This document shows, one piece after another, positions 1-12,947 of a DNA stretch of 64,000 bases; within the stretch, counting starts at the first letter, position 1, and the number at the start of each line of letters is the position of its first letter. The position numbers and the translations under genes were made by a program. The stretch is from NCBI GenBank assembly GCA_951406725.2, contig OX597814.1, positions 620,001-684,000 of the forward strand, read 5' to 3'. The DNA is from Octopus vulgaris (lineage: Eukaryota). The notes beneath the pieces were generated by a model. It was not told the DNA's origin and did no database searches. It saw nothing but the letters and a program-made list of their open reading frames with translations.

Positions 1-345
1 TAAATACCAAACTGTACTCTTCAGAGAAGTCTAAGTCTGAGAGAAGAGCCCCTTGCAATTGCTTTAAATCTGATCTGATGTAAAAGTAATATTCCTGTGG
101 AAAATGGCAGAAAAAAAAATGCAATTTATAAGGCAACACGAAGAAAAAATATACTCAGTGCATCCAAGTATTTTGAAAAAATCATATTAAACACAAAAAG
201 TTAGAACGAGATGCAAGGAAAGATAACTCCATAAATATTAATCCTTTCAAATGTTCAACTTGCAAGTGAGTTTGTCTACTTAAGGCTGATCTTGTTAGCA
301 ACTCAACAGGAGAGAAACAGAAGCAAGCTGACAATGGATTATTGC
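1..345 (+). pseudogene. Decayed RTE-clade LINE ORF C-terminus with terminal zinc finger
   Basis: Broken reading ...ERDARKDNSININPFKCSTCK*VCLLKADLVSN resembles the C-terminal CxxC-x-C...GL(I/V)SH finger of RTE-type ORFs. The same motif recurs at 59094-59372. Confidence 0.55.
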
Positions 346-569
346 CACCGGTAAGAAGATATGCCTGGCAGTTTGTTTGGTTGTAAAACGATATCAATTT
401 CCTTATTCTGTGTTGCATTTAACTGAGAGGAGACATTTATTTAACAGCTGCAAATCAACAACTAGGCTAAAAATTCCAGGTTTGCTTTTCAGTTGTGTGT
501 GTGTGTGTGTGTGTGTGTGCATCTGTATGAGTGTGTATATGTTGTGTGTGAGTGTGAGAGTGTGTGTAC

Positions 570-896
570 ATCATCATCATAATCCTCATCATCATCGTTT
601 AATGTCCGCTTTCCATGCTAGCATGGGTTGGACGATTTTGACTGAGGGCTGGCAAAACAGAAGGCTGCACCAGGCTCCAAACTGGATCTGGCAGAGATTC
701 TACAGCTGGATGCCCTTCCTAATGCCAGCCACACCGAGATTGTAGTGGTTGCTTTTACATGCCACCGGCATGGGGCCAGTCAGACGGTACTGGCAATGAC
801 CTCGCTCAAATCTTTTTACACATGCCACCGGTACAGGTGCCAGTAAGGCGATGCTGGTAACGATCACACTCGAATGGTGCCTTTTACGTGCCACTG
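570..896 (-). mobile_element. Family B: RTE-type retroelement 3' end with (GAT)n tail and ~55-bp internal repeats
   Basis: (cat)n-cgtttaatgtccgctttccatgctagcatgggttggac...ctggatgcccttcctaa, followed by repeated gtgcttttacgtgccaccggcac units. About 30 copies occur in the window. Confidence 0.85.
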
Positions 897-1344
897 AGTG
901 TGTGTGTATATGTTGTGTGAGAGTGTGTGTACATGTATATATTTGTCTAAATGCATAACTGTGTGTCTGTATGAGTATGTATTTTCTTTATCTGCCCCAT
1001 GGCCTCGGTAGGACCTCCAAGATTAGTGAGACTAACATGGTTAATGTGTGTGTGTGTGCGAATGTGAAGTGACTGGATGACTGTTTTTGGGGAAAATGTG
1101 AAACACGCCATGCTAGTGATGAAGGCCATGACATCATCTGCAATCAACTAAGACAGGTGCAACTGTGAGGGTTTCTATGACAAAACTGTTGAGTTTAACA
1201 GAACTGGCCGATGGGTGGCAGCAAGATTGACCAAACAAAAAAGAAAAACAAAAGACATGCATGGAGAACATGGGGATAGGCCAAGCTAGGAGTAAAAGCA
1301 GCCACTGGCAAGTCTGTTTTTGCTTCTTTTTTTTATGTGTTTAC

Positions 1345-1408
1345 CTAACTCCAGGAAATATCTCCATATAGCTCCAGCCATAACTGTAGACGGGTCTGAG
1401 ACAATAAT
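1345..1408 (-). other. Candidate host-gene exon (64 bp)
   Basis: On the minus strand a long T-rich tract ends in ...ttattctaacAG, then non-repetitive sequence, then GTaaac. Two frames are open (IIVSDPSTVMAGAIWRYFLEL and YCLRPVYSYGWSYMEIFPGV). Product not recognised. Confidence 0.45.
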
Positions 1409-1989
1409 CTGTTAGAATAACAAGACAGTTTTACAACAGAACTTTGAAAGAACAAAAAAATAAAAAAAAAAAAAAAGAAAAGAAAATAAAACAAAAAAAA
1501 TAGAAGACAAAAGAAAAAAAGACAACAATACAAAACAAAATACAGAATAAAGGATTTCTTTACACAACTGTAAGTAAAGTGTGTTAAATGCGTTAATCCT
1601 TTTAATCCCAACCTGTCAGAAAATGGCCCTGTTCCTATGATACCCACTTCCTGTTCTAAAGGGATCTAACTTTAAAAAAACCTTCCATTCAAATTTCATG
1701 TTAATTCATGTTCTAAAGAGAAATATGAGAACTAAAGGGTTAAAGTGACCGAAATTAAAATGCCTGTCCTCAACATCTGATGTTAATTTATATTCCAGAC
1801 ACCAGTTTGATAAGGACAGAATCATTTTGCTAAATTCTTTATCAGTTTCAAAATTAATTGAAACAAATGAAAGTGTATTTCAACAGAAATAGGATAATGA
1901 AAGGGTTAATAGGTACAAAGGCAGAGCCTGAGGGGTCGAGCAGCGATGGTCTTTGTTGACTAAAATTGTACAATGAAGTTTTAAATTTG

Positions 1990-1992
<3 letters not shown>

Positions 1993-2044
<52 letters not shown>
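1993..2044. repeat. (TC)n microsatellite
   Basis: Perfect dinucleotide run. Confidence 0.95.
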
Positions 2045-2047
<3 letters not shown>

Positions 2048-2146
2048 CAAAAGGACAGACTACAAACAAGATTTCTCTTTGCCCTCTTAATTTCATTTAC
2101 TGTGTCATGTCTGAGGTAAATTAGTGGTGACATACTTAAACTGTTT

Positions 2147-2615
2147 TTAACCCTTTCCATACCAACCAGCCTGAAACTGCCTCTGGGTCTGAAGTACAAA
2201 GGTCTTGTTTTCTTAAGTTTTGAATTAAAATCTTCCACCAAACCTTAGTCACAATTTATGTTCCTAACACTAGCTGAATGATAAGTTATTTTACTAAATT
2301 CTTTGTTATATATAAAAGTAATTGAAAGAATCACAGAACATCTCAACAGAAATATGGTGACAAAAAGAGTTAACAAATGATTAATTTAACCCATTTCATA
2401 CTGACCTGGCTGAAACCACCTCTGGCTCTGTAGCACAAATGTCTTGTTTTCGAAAGTTCTCAATTAAAATCTTCCTCCAAAGCTTAGTCACAATTTATGT
2501 TCCTAACACTAGCTGAATGATAATGAACTTATTTTACTAATTTCTTTGTTATATTTAAAATGAATTGAAAGAAACGCAGAGCATCTCAAAATAACTACAG
2601 TAACAAAAGGGTTAA
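2147..2615 (+). mobile_element. Two tandem ~230-bp TTAA-flanked MITEs (family E, piggyBac-type)
   Basis: TTAA-ccctt...aagggTTAA-type ends. Shared core aaaatcttccaccaaaccttagtcacaatttatgttcctaacactagc. Copies at 2147-2373 and 2386-2615. Confidence 0.85.
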
Positions 2616-2833
2616 TTCAAGAAACATTTAACTGTTTAGCATTCAGATTACTTTGGCAAATGTAATGCTTATCTATTTTCAGAACATTTTAGGGTTGGTG
2701 TGGAAGTCCAGTACTGGTTTGTTTGAATGTAGAACAGGTAGAATATTTGAGCCAGATACGTCCAGTTTAAATACCAACAGGTTAAAAGAGGACTAGTAAT
2801 GGATATATCAACAGACCTGTTTACATTGATATG

Positions 2834-3683
2834 TACAGGGTGCAGTGAATAAACAGTCATCTAAATTACGCAAAAAGGAAAATAACACTCATGTCTCATT
2901 TTAACAGATATATTTACCAAAATTGCATAAAAATATCTTGAAATACTAAAGAGTAAATTTATTTAATAAAATCGCCATTGGCTTCAACCACAGCCTCCAG
3001 GTGACTTCAGAATTTCCTGCAACTCTTCCAGACGGTCTCCTTGTTTAAGTTGGTGAAATGCTGCCATAATCCTTGCCTTCTGTTCATCTTTGGTGTTACG
3101 AGGAGTTTTGTTGGTTTCTCGCTCAACTGTGCCCCATACATAATAACCAAGGGGGTTGCAGTCTAGGGAGTTAGATGGCCAGATATTAGGGGTGATGTGG
3201 CTACAGAAATTGTCTGATAGCTATGACTGGGTTCTCCTGCTTGTGTGGCATGGTGCAGAGTCCTGTTGCTAACATCGGGTCTTCCAGCAGCCACTCTGTT
3301 GACTCAGGGCAGCACTACCTCATCCAGGCACTTGATGTAAGCCTTTGTGTTGACCGTGAGGCCATGTGGGAAGATGAATGGAGGCATAATGTCGCCATCA
3401 CTCCAAACACCATGATGTTGATTTGATTTTTATCATTCTCCGTACATGTTTGTATTGGAGCTTCCGACACTTCATATTCAAGCTTCCGGTGCAAATGCCA
3501 AGCAGTACAGCATGTCGTTTAAAAATTTCTGGCTTAGTGAATTGCATCATGGTGCTGTTTTTCTCACAGACGGTGCCCAACTGACCCTACTATACTGTGT
3601 AGTCAACAACATCAAAAACAAACAATGTGCATGTGTGAAATTAGAAATATCAAATGGTGACAATTTACCCATTGTACCTTATA
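2834..3683 (-). mobile_element. Internally deleted Tc1/mariner-superfamily DD37D (maT-type) transposon
   Basis: Minus strand reads QQDSAPCHTSRRTQS*LSDNFCSHITPNIWPSNSLDCNPLGYYVWG, with 37 residues between the second D and the third catalytic position (here mutated to G). Imperfect TIRs TA-cagggtgcagtgaataaa / tttacccattgtacctta-TA. Confidence 0.8.
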
Positions 3684-4238
3684 GGTGGGTAAGATAGAGG
3701 TAGGAAGGCACAGGAAGACAGACAGACAGTTTTCAACTAACAGTAACCATGCCTCGGATGAGCTTCATTGGTGATGGCCAGTTTATTAGTCAGGGTTAAC
3801 TGTTGACCCTTTTTATATCAACCCATCTGAAACTGCCCCTTTTTCAAAGGTATAAACTTCTTGTTTAAAAGTGATCTTAATTAAAATTTGTCATCAAAAT
3901 TTCATCTTAACAATGGTTGTTATTTAATTAAATTCTTCATTCAGATCTATATTTGAGAGATGAGGAATTATGTACATTATTTACATTTGATGGATATTTG
4001 TCCTCCTCTTGTTTGTTGTAAACATACTTTGAAATGACTAAACATGAACTTCTATTGGGACTTACATACCATGTACAGAAAACTTTTTCCCCACTTCTAT
4101 ACACCATTTTCCTCAAATAATGGAACTGCAACTGCAATATCTTTATATATCTATTTCTCCTTTCATTCTCCTATTTTCCTCTATATTCCTATCTCCTCCT
4201 TTTCCACAATAATTCGAACTCAAATATTTTCTCACACC

Positions 4239-4286
4239 GTCTCTGATGAAGGGATATCAATTATATCCCAGAAACGGCTGTGAGAC
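4239..4286 (+). ncRNA. Minimal type I hammerhead ribozyme motif (class a)
   Basis: gtct-CTGATGA-a-gggatat(caatt)atatccc-a-GAAA-cggctg-TG-agac: 4-bp stem I, 7-bp stem II, near-palindromic stem III. The cleavage position is G here, so this copy is probably inactive. Confidence 0.75.
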
Positions 4287-4375
4287 TATTTCCTTATAAA
4301 TGTCTTCAAAACTCCTCATGCTGTAGCATCGAAAAATACCTTAGGAACGAGAACCCACGTTCGAAATTTCCACAA

Positions 4376-4421
4376 GACACCTAATGAAGGCTGGAGGGTA
4401 TATCAGCCGAAACATTGTGTT
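4376..4421 (+). ncRNA. Minimal hammerhead ribozyme motif (class b), mutated core
   Basis: gacac-CTAATGA-a-ggctg(10 nt)cagcc-GAAA-ca-TT-gtgtt. The sister copy at 63481 has an intact CTGATGA. Confidence 0.65.
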
Positions 4422-5122
4422 AACAACAACAAGATGAGGACATTTCCAATATTTAGCAAAAAGCATGTCTGTTCATGGGGAAATAAATATATGAAGGTTA
4501 GCAACAGGAAAGGCGTCCAGCCGTAGAAAATCTACCTCGTTGAATTCCACCTGACCCATGCAAGCATAGAAAGGTGGACATTAAAACAATAACAATGATG
4601 ATGCAAATATATAAGAGGAAATTATTTTATCTCACCTCCACCCCTATCATGACCACCACTACTTCCCTGCAGGATTTAAACTCGTGAATGTGGAATGGAT
4701 GAAAGGAAATACTGTTTACTGCGTTTGGTGTTTTAAAATTCTTGCTTAGTCATCGGTCTTCAACAACAACGACAACAACAATTATTTATTCCCTTATTCT
4801 TTTACTTGTTTCAGTCATTTGACTGCAGCCATGCTGGAGCACTGCCTTTAGTCAAACAAATCAACCCAGTAATGTACGTAATTCCATGGATGGCCCAGAG
4901 CTAAACAACAACAACAATGTTTACAATATAAAAAGTAAAAAGTGTGATGAGGATAGTCTTGTGACCCACCAGCTGCCAATCCTAACAATCTTTTACAATG
5001 AAATTGTTCGCATCCAGGAAACAACATAAAACACTTCCTTCCAAATTGTAAACTAATCAACACAACTTCTGAGAGCCTCTACAAGGTCATATAACTCGCT
5101 AGAAACAGCAGTTACATCTCCT

Positions 5123-5682
5123 TTAACTCTTTTCGTTACCATATTTCTATTAAAATATTTTGTGTTTCTTTCAATTAATTTTAAATATAACAAAGAATTT
5201 AGTAAAATAACTTTGTTATCATTAAGCTAGTGTTAGGAACATAAATTGTGACTAAGGTTTGGTGGAAGATTTTTTTTTAAAACAAGACATTTGTACTCAG
5301 TGCCAGAGGTGGATTTAGTCAGGTCAGTATGAAAAGGGTTTAATTAATAATTTATTAACCCTTTCATTACCAATATTTCTGTTGAAATGTTCTGTGTTTC
5401 GTTCGATTAATTTTATATATAACAAAGAATTTAGTAACATAACTTGGTTATCATTAAGTTAGTGTTAGGAACATAAATTGTGACTAAGGTTTGGTGGAAG
5501 ATTTTAATTCAGAACTTATGAAAACAAGACATTTGTACTCAGAGCCAGAGCTGGTTTCAGCTAGGTTGCTATGAAAAGGGTTAAATTATTTGTTACCCCT
5601 TTTGTCACCATATTTCTGTTGAGATGTTGTGTGTTTCTTTCAATTAATTTTAAATATAACAAAGAATTTAGTAAAATAACTA
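5123..5682 (-). mobile_element. Cluster of three family E TTAA MITEs (third truncated), opposite orientation to 2147-2615
   Basis: Reverse complement of the family E core. TTAA ends at 5123/5343 and 5355/5584. Confidence 0.85.
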
Positions 5683-5905
5683 CATCAAGGGTATGCATGT
5701 CTGTGATGTACTCAGCCACTTATACGTTAATTTCATAATCAAGCTGTTCTGTTGGTCAGATCAGCAGGAACCCTTGTCTTCATAACTGACGGACCGTCCG
5801 TTTATCCATGTGTACGAAGGTGTAATGGTTGTGTTCAAAACGTACAAGATATAAATAAAAACAGGAAAAACAAACAACAAAACACATAAACAATAAACAA
5901 TAATA

Positions 5906-6455
5906 GGCACAGGAGTGGCTGTGTGGTAAGTAGCTTGCTTACCAACCACATGGTTCTGGGTTCAGTCCCACTGCGTGGCATCTTGGACAAGTGTCTTCTG
6001 CTATAGCCCCGGGCCGACCAAAGCCTTGTGAGTGGATTTGGTAGATGGAAACTGAAAGAAGCCCGTCGTATATATGTACATGGCGTTAGGAAGGGCATCC
6101 AGCTGTAGAAACATTGCCAGATAAGACTGGAGCCTGGTGCAGCCTGCTGGCTTCCCAGATCCCCGGTCGAACCGTCCAACCCATGCTAGCATGGAGAACG
6201 GACGTTAAACGATGATGATGATGATGATATGCGTGTGTGTGTTTGTATGTCTGTGGTTGTCCCCCTAGCACTGCTTGACAACCGATGCTGGTGTGTTTAC
6301 GTCCCCGTCACTTAGCGGTTCGGCAAAAGAGACCGATAGAATAAGTACTGGGCTACAAAAAGAATAAGTCCCGGGGTCGATTTACTCAACTAAAGGCGGT
6401 GCTCCAGCATGGCCGCAGTCAAATGACTGAAACAAGTAAAAGAATAAAAGAATAA
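5906..6455 (+). mobile_element. Family A tRNA-derived SINE with a family B 3' end (6081-6228) inserted in its central microsatellite
   Basis: A-box-like tggctgtgtggtaag and B-box-like gggttcagtccc. Body ...gagtggatttggtagatggaaactgaaagaagcc, central (TA/TG)n, tail gctccagcatggccgcagtcaaatgactgaaacaagtaaaagaa. Confidence 0.85.
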
Positions 6456-7424
6456 AAGAAAACAAATGCGGTGATAAACCGAGGGGTGGAAAAGGAAACA
6501 AGATGAGGGGTTGATGTCTGGGGTTGAATTTTGAAGTAAAGATCAGATGTGGAAAAGCTGTTTGTTTGTTTGAAAATATTGAAGAAGACGTTCAGTACAT
6601 ACCCTGAAATATTCATAGAATATTTTGATGTTGTCTTTATCCGTTTGAAAAAACAGAGCCAAGTGAGACACACAGAGAAAGAGAGAGAGAGAGTGAGAGT
6701 GAGAGTGAGAGAGAGAGAGAGAGGGCAGTGGAGGTGTTTGAGGAGAGTGTGTTGGTTCAGTGATATGGTTGAAGGCAGCTGATAGAGGACGATGAGATGA
6801 CGTTGCATTTGAGAATGTGCACTTTATATTGCTGACACATACTAGTTTTGGGTTGGTCTATAGATATGTGTCTATATGTGTGTATATGTATGTATGTATG
6901 TGTGTGTGTCTATGTATGTATGTATATATGTATGTATGTTTGTGTGTCTATAGATATGTGTATATATATGCGTGTATGTATGTGTGTGCGTATGTGTATG
7001 AAAAGTGATAGAGGAAGCAATGAGAAGGGAAGGGAGAGGGGGTTGGATGTCCCGAAGAGCACTTCTACTTCAACGTCCCAAAGTGGCTAAAAATGACCTT
7101 GTAAAAGAAACTTGGTGTCAAAGAGACTTCACTAAAACAGATCAGACAGCATTAACGACCATAGCCACTCCTTTAATCCATTTGATGCCAACCTGCCTGA
7201 CACTTTCCTTCCTTTCTATGATACAAACTTCATATTCTAAATTGATCTTCATTCAAACCAGTGATTTTCAACCATTCTTTACCAGTTAACCCCTTCCAAG
7301 TCCTGTTTTTACTCTACTGGACCCCCACAGCCATTTAATGTGAAAAAAATTCCAATTACATACTTGGGATTAAATATGATTAAATATGAGGATAAAAAAA
7401 AATTGTCAAAATATATTCCATATT

Positions 7425-7686
7425 GTGCAGGTGGCACGTAAAAAAACACCATTTTGAGCGTGGCCGTTGCCAGTACCACCAGACTGGCCCCGTGCCGGTG
7501 GCACGTAAAAAGCACCCATTACACTCTCAGAGTGGTTGGTGTTAGGAAGGGCATCCAGCTGTAGAAACTTTGTCAGATCAGATTGGAGACTGGTGCAACA
7601 TTCTGGTTCACCAGTCCTCGGTCAAATCGTCCAACCCATGCCAGCATGGAAAACGGACGTTAAAGGATGATGATGATGATGATGAT
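7425..7686 (+). mobile_element. Family B RTE-type 3' end
   Basis: ggtggcacgtaaaa units, then ...ggacgttaaagga(tga)n tail. Confidence 0.85.
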
Positions 7687-7832
7687 TTCAAATAGCAGCC
7701 TAATGACAGTGTATTCTTAGGTAAATTTTTCCTTATTTTTCAAAATTAACCGAAATAAAAGCAAAATATTTCAGGAAATATGGAAACAAACAGGTTAACA
7801 ACTAGTCTGGTGCTGTTGGAAGCTGAAGATAT

Positions 7833-7988
7833 TACACACACACACACACACCAGCACACCCACTCACACATATACATACACTCACTCACACACACACACC
7901 CACTCACACATATACACACACTCACTCACACATATACATACACTCACTCACACACACACACCCACTCACACATATACACACACTCACT

Positions 7989-8023
<35 letters not shown>

Positions 8024-8152
8024 TCACTCACACACACACACCCACTCACACATATACACACACTCACTCACGCATACACACACACTCACACATATACACA
8101 CACTCATTCATGCACACACACACACACACATTCACTCACTCACATACACACA
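7833..8152. repeat. Compound (CA)n/cact/cata low-complexity tract
   Basis: Degenerate CA-rich repeat. It is the source of the HT-repeat ORF 7780-8175. Confidence 0.9.
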
Positions 8153-8767
8153 GATATAGGAGCAGGAATGGCTGAGTGGTTAAGAAGCTTGCTTGCCATC
8201 CATGTGGCTCCAGGTTCAGTCCCACTGTGTGTCACCTTAGGCAAGTGTCTTCCACTGTAGCCTTGAGCTGACCAATGCCTTGTGAATGAGTTTGCGAAAG
8301 CCCATCATATTCATGTGTGCATCTTTGTATCCCCCACCAGTTGACAACTTGACAACTGACGTTGGTTTGTTTACATCCCTGTAACTCCAGAGTTCAGCAA
8401 AAGAGATTGGTTTACAGTGTAAGTAGGGTGAACTTCCCAACCACATGGTTCCAGGTTCAGTCCTACTGCATGACACTTTGGGCAAGTGTCTTCTATTACA
8501 ACCCCAGGTTGACTAAATGGAATATGTGTGTGTGTACAGCCTTGATTATACATCATGTTATGATTATAAATCTCATAATATCTCAACTGACATACAAGAG
8601 ATGTTTATTTCCAGTCTTCCACAGAAAACGTGCCTGGCCTTGCTTGGAAACAGGAAGAGCATTTGGCCATAAAAAAAACCTGTCTCAATAAATTCCAGCT
8701 AATCAATACAAACATTGGAAAAATGGACATTAAAATGTTGTTGAGGATGATAATATATATATATATA

Positions 8768-9234
8768 TCATCATCATCATCATCGTTTAATGTCCGCTTT
8801 CCATGCTAGCATGGGTTGGACAGTTTGACTGAGGTCTGGCGAACCAGATGGCTGCACCAGGCTTCAATCTTGATCTGGCAGAGCTTCTACAGCTGGATGC
8901 CCTTCCTAGCACCAACCATTCTGAGAGTGTAGTGGGTGCTTTTACATGCCACCTGCACAGGAGCCAGTCCAGCGGCACTGGTAACAACCTCACTGGTAAC
9001 GATCACACTCGAATGGTACTTTTTACGTGCCACCAGCACAGAGGCCAGTTAGCTGCACTGGCAACGATCACGCTCGGATGGTGCTCTTAGTGTTCCACTA
9101 GCACGAATTTGATTTTGATTTCACTTGCCTCAACAGGTCTTTGCAAGCAGAGTATAGTGTCCAAAGAAGGTAAAGGTAAGCATAAGCAGGCTGGTTACGC
9201 CCCTGGCATGGGCCACTAGGTTATGGTCTCACTT
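8768..9234 (-). mobile_element. Long family B copy abutting the Gypsy 3' LTR
   Basis: (cat)n tail, core, several VNTR units and additional upstream sequence. Confidence 0.8.
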
Positions 9235-9241
9235 GATATAT

Positions 9242-9502
9242 TGATTTGACATATGACTTCTTGTCATCACTATTATCTCTGAACCATCATAATATCAACT
9301 GTCCCTGGTGTTCTCTTATTACTCTCCAACTGTGTCCCTTCAACAAACACTCCAGGATATCTCGATTCTATAATTCCTACCACCTCTTCACTATGACTGC
9401 ACATATGACACTCTTCTCAGACTGTTCTGTGCATGCTCATTTATACTAACCAGTATAGTACCCTTAGCCAATTACAGGGGAGTACAGATTCCCTACACAA
9501 CA
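9242..9502 (-). repeat. 3' LTR of the Gypsy element, preceded by PPT aaaagggggagg (9503-9514)
   Basis: Aligns to 14975-15221. Minus strand starts TGTTGTGTAGGGAATCTG right after a polypurine tract. Confidence 0.9.
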
Positions 9503-10019
9503 CCTCCCCCTTTTGAGATTGGCTTTCCCTTCATTTATTATTTTTTTTATTATTATCATTACTTTCTTGGGGAGAAATAGATAATAATTTTTTTTTGTTT
9601 AGAATCAATCTCTGTTGACATCTGTCAACTTTCTCTCCCTAGTTGACTTGCGCACTGGTTCAACCCTTTCCTGCGGCACCGGAATATCAAATATGTCATA
9701 AAGTATTACCATAGGCTCTTCTTACCCTTTTCTATGCTTCTGTGTATCTCTTTTTGATTTGATTTACATGTCTCTTATGCTCACACGTCTGCCCTTTCAC
9801 CATGTATATCACTCTACGAAGACGTATTTTGCTATCTGTCCTTGTTCTCAACTTTGTTTCCCATATTTGCACATTTTACAAAATACTGCATCACCTATAT
9901 TGAAACAGTTTGTATTATTAACAGTATTCTTATGTATTTGTTGTTTCCTTGCTGGTAACAATTTATCAAATACTTTCTGGCAAGCATTAATTCAGCGGGT
10001 GACTCACCCGACTCTGTGT

Positions 10020-10570
10020 CGGGGTTTGGTGTTATTCTATAGATGCATAAAAATTTTGTCAGTGTATATTATCCACTAATGATTCATTCCTGGTTTTCCT
10101 CAATGCTCTTTTAAACATATCCACAAACCTCTCTGCAAGTCCATTTGACCTCGGATGATATGGTAGGGTGGTGATATGTTCCATTTGATGCATCTTACAA
10201 AAATCTTTGAACTCCTTTGCTGTAAATTACATGCCATTATCCAACACTACAGTGTCCACCACACCAAAACATGCAAATATTTCAACAAAAAATTCAGTAG
10301 TCTTTTTCGTAGTTTGTTTTCTGCACTTGAAAATTTCAGGCCATTTTGTGTAGCTATCAACCACTAATAGATAATATACACCGTTAAGGCCTCTTGCAAA
10401 ATCTATGTGTAGAATCTTTACTGGAGGTGCCTTAGCTGCCAGGGTGCATCCCCTCCATGCTTTCACCAGTTTCTCCAATATCTTCATCCAGTAAATATAA
10501 CTCCTCATGAAGGCCTTCATCTTTGCAATTCCAGGATGTCTTACATGAAATTCTTTTAGCATTCAATTTT
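10020..10570 (-). pseudogene. Gypsy integrase remnant
   Basis: HVRHPGIAKMKAFMRSYIYW...CTL...HIDFARGLNGVYYLLVVDSYTKWPE...VLDNG (zinc-binding and rve core), continuing ...YHPRSNGLAERFVD. Confidence 0.9.
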
Positions 10571-11114
10571 GTAGTACAACAGATATCACAACCCTCTGAG
10601 CATACATCAACACATTGTCACACATTGAATAGTATTTCAAACCTGTGTTACACTCAGCAACAAAATTTTTTGTATTTGTCTCATTCATTATTATTTTTTT
10701 CATTTTCTTAATGAATGCATTCTTTCTGCTTTCCTTTTTATCTCTTCCAATATGACTGCTAGTTCCCGCACTACATTGCAGAGAATATTTTTTAATTCAA
10801 TTTCTGATTTTAGCGCTGCTATTACTGCATCTTCTAGTGGTTCCTTATACTTTGGGATCAATCCCAGCATGTCCCAATTTTTTCAAAGGCAAAAGTTTCC
10901 ATTTTGGAATCATAAGGTAGTCCCCCAGCACTGTAATCAATTGGCTGTATGTGTGGGGATACCTTTTTTTTTTTTATTCCTATATTGTTAACAATAAATG
11001 GAGATCTGTCTGCAAGATAAACTTACTGCTGTGCAAGAATTTATGAAATTTTCTTCAATACAAAGATAATGGCTAGTGCCTCTTTGTTTATCTGGCTGTA
11101 TTTTTTTTCCACCA

Positions 11115-11413
11115 ATCGTTACCAGCATTGCCTTACTGGCACCTGTGCCGTTGGCATGTGTAAAAAAAAAAGATTCGAGCAAGGTCGTTGCCAGTACCGC
11201 CTGACTTGCCCCTGTGCCGGTGTCACGTAAAAGCACCCACTACACTCTCGGAGTGGTTGGCATTAGGAAGGGTATCCAGCTGTAGAAACTCTGCCAGATC
11301 AAGATTGGAGCCTAGTGCAGCCATCTGGTTCACCATCTCACAGTCAAACCGTCCAACCCATGCTAGCATGGAAAGCTGACGTTAAATGATGATGATGATG
11401 ATGATGATGATGA
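11115..11413 (+). mobile_element. Family B copy nested in Gypsy RNase H region
   Basis: VNTR units, core and (gat)n tail interrupt pol. Confidence 0.85.
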
Positions 11414-11760
11414 ATAGTAATGCACATGACGCATGTGTGATCGGTTTTACTTAACCTTTTTCTAACTTTTGCAAGATTACTGCTCCGATCCCAGACTCGT
11501 TAGTATCTGATGCTACAATTATATTTGGTTTCAGCTCAAAATGTGCCAGAGATAGCTCTGACATGAACATCTTTTTAATCTCTTGGAATGCTTTTTGGCA
11601 TTCGTCAGTCCAACTCACCATTTCACATCTTTTTTCAGCAGTTTGTTTAAAGGTGCTCTTAGCTCATGCATTCTTGGAATATACATTTGATAATAATTCG
11701 CAAGACCTAAAAAAGCTTTTAAGGTTGTTATATTAGTCGGGGGAGGCATATCTTAAATTG

Positions 11761-12054
11761 GAGGCACATGGCCTAGTGGTTAGAGCAATGGACTCGCAGT
11801 CGAGGGATCGCAGGTTCGAATCTCAGACCAGGCGATGTGTGTGTTTATGTGCGAAACACCTAAGTTCTACGCGGCTCCGGCAGAAGGTAATGGTGAACTT
11901 CTGCTGACTCTTTTGCCACAACTTTCTCTCACTCTTTCCTCCTGCATCTTGCAGCTCACCTGTGACGGACCGGCATCCCGTCCCGGTGGGGAACCTATAC
12001 GCCAAGGAAACCGGGAAAACGGCCCTTATGAACCAGGCATGGCTCAAGAAGGAA
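11761..12054 (+). mobile_element. Family D tRNA-derived SINE (tail type 1) nested in Gypsy pol
   Basis: tggcctagtggttagagc...ggttcgaatctc head. Perfect flanking duplication catatcttaaattg at 11747-11760 and 12055-12068. Confidence 0.9.
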
Positions 12055-12068
12055 CATATCTTAAATTG

Positions 12069-12760
12069 CGTTTGCCTTCGACAGGTCCAGTCGTCATCCG
12101 TTCCTGTCAATAATTTGTCCAAAATACTTAATTTCCGATGAGAAAAATTCACATTTTCTCTCACTCATTGTGAAGCCGTAATCTCTTATTTTTGCAAAAA
12201 CACACTTCATGTGCTCGACATACTGATCATGGGATTCACTTTTAATTAATATATCATCCAGGTATGGAATTGCAAATTCACAGTCTGCTAACATTGTATC
12301 CATAGCTTGTTGAAAAATTGCGACTTTTATTCCAAAAGCAAGGTGGTTAAATTTGTACAACCCTTTGTGTGTGCTTATGATTAACAGCTTGGAACATTCT
12401 TCGTCTACCTGCAGCTGTAAATACGCTTCCGATAAATCCAATTTAGAAAAGAGTTTGCCCCCATTAAGCTTGGCAAAAATCTCCTCTGGACTTGGTAATG
12501 GATAGTTATAAGTTTTCAGACGTTCATTAAATCCTGTCGGAAAATCAGCGCAGACCCTTACTTTATTTTTATTTTTTTGTACACAGTTGGTGCTGCCCAT
12601 TCCAAATAGTCTAATTTTTGTATTACACCAATATTCTCAAGTTTTTTCAATTCCTTTTGTACTTGATTCAGTTCCACAAAAGGCACAGCTCTCTTTGGTT
12701 TAAAAACCAGAACAGAATTTTCTTTTAGTTGGAATTTCATTTTTATTTTCATACACGTAT
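12069..12760 (-). pseudogene. Gypsy reverse transcriptase remnant (frameshifted)
   Basis: PKRAVPF...WAAPTV, then VRVCADF...YPLPSPEEIFAKLNGGKLFSKLDLSEAYLQL...THKGLYKFNHLAFG...YLDDILI. Confidence 0.95.
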
Positions 12761-12947
12761 CAAGTCATTCCAAAAATAACATCAGGATATATTTTTTTTA
12801 AATTTCATTTTTAACTTCTCAGATTCCTTGTACAAACTGACGTGCGATGCATTCACATTATTACAGAAAATACTTACGGGCAAATTCCACAAATTAAATA
12901 TCTCCATCCAAACTGTACCAAACAGATTCATAGTATTTTCTCTTATG

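Larger units (their letters stand above)
3968..4445 (+). mobile_element. Penelope-like pLTR-type non-coding remnant with inverted terminal segments and two hammerhead motifs
   Basis: 3968-4025 is the reverse complement of the segment starting at 4417 (seen longer at 63519-63560). Two hammerhead folds lie in between. Confidence 0.6.
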
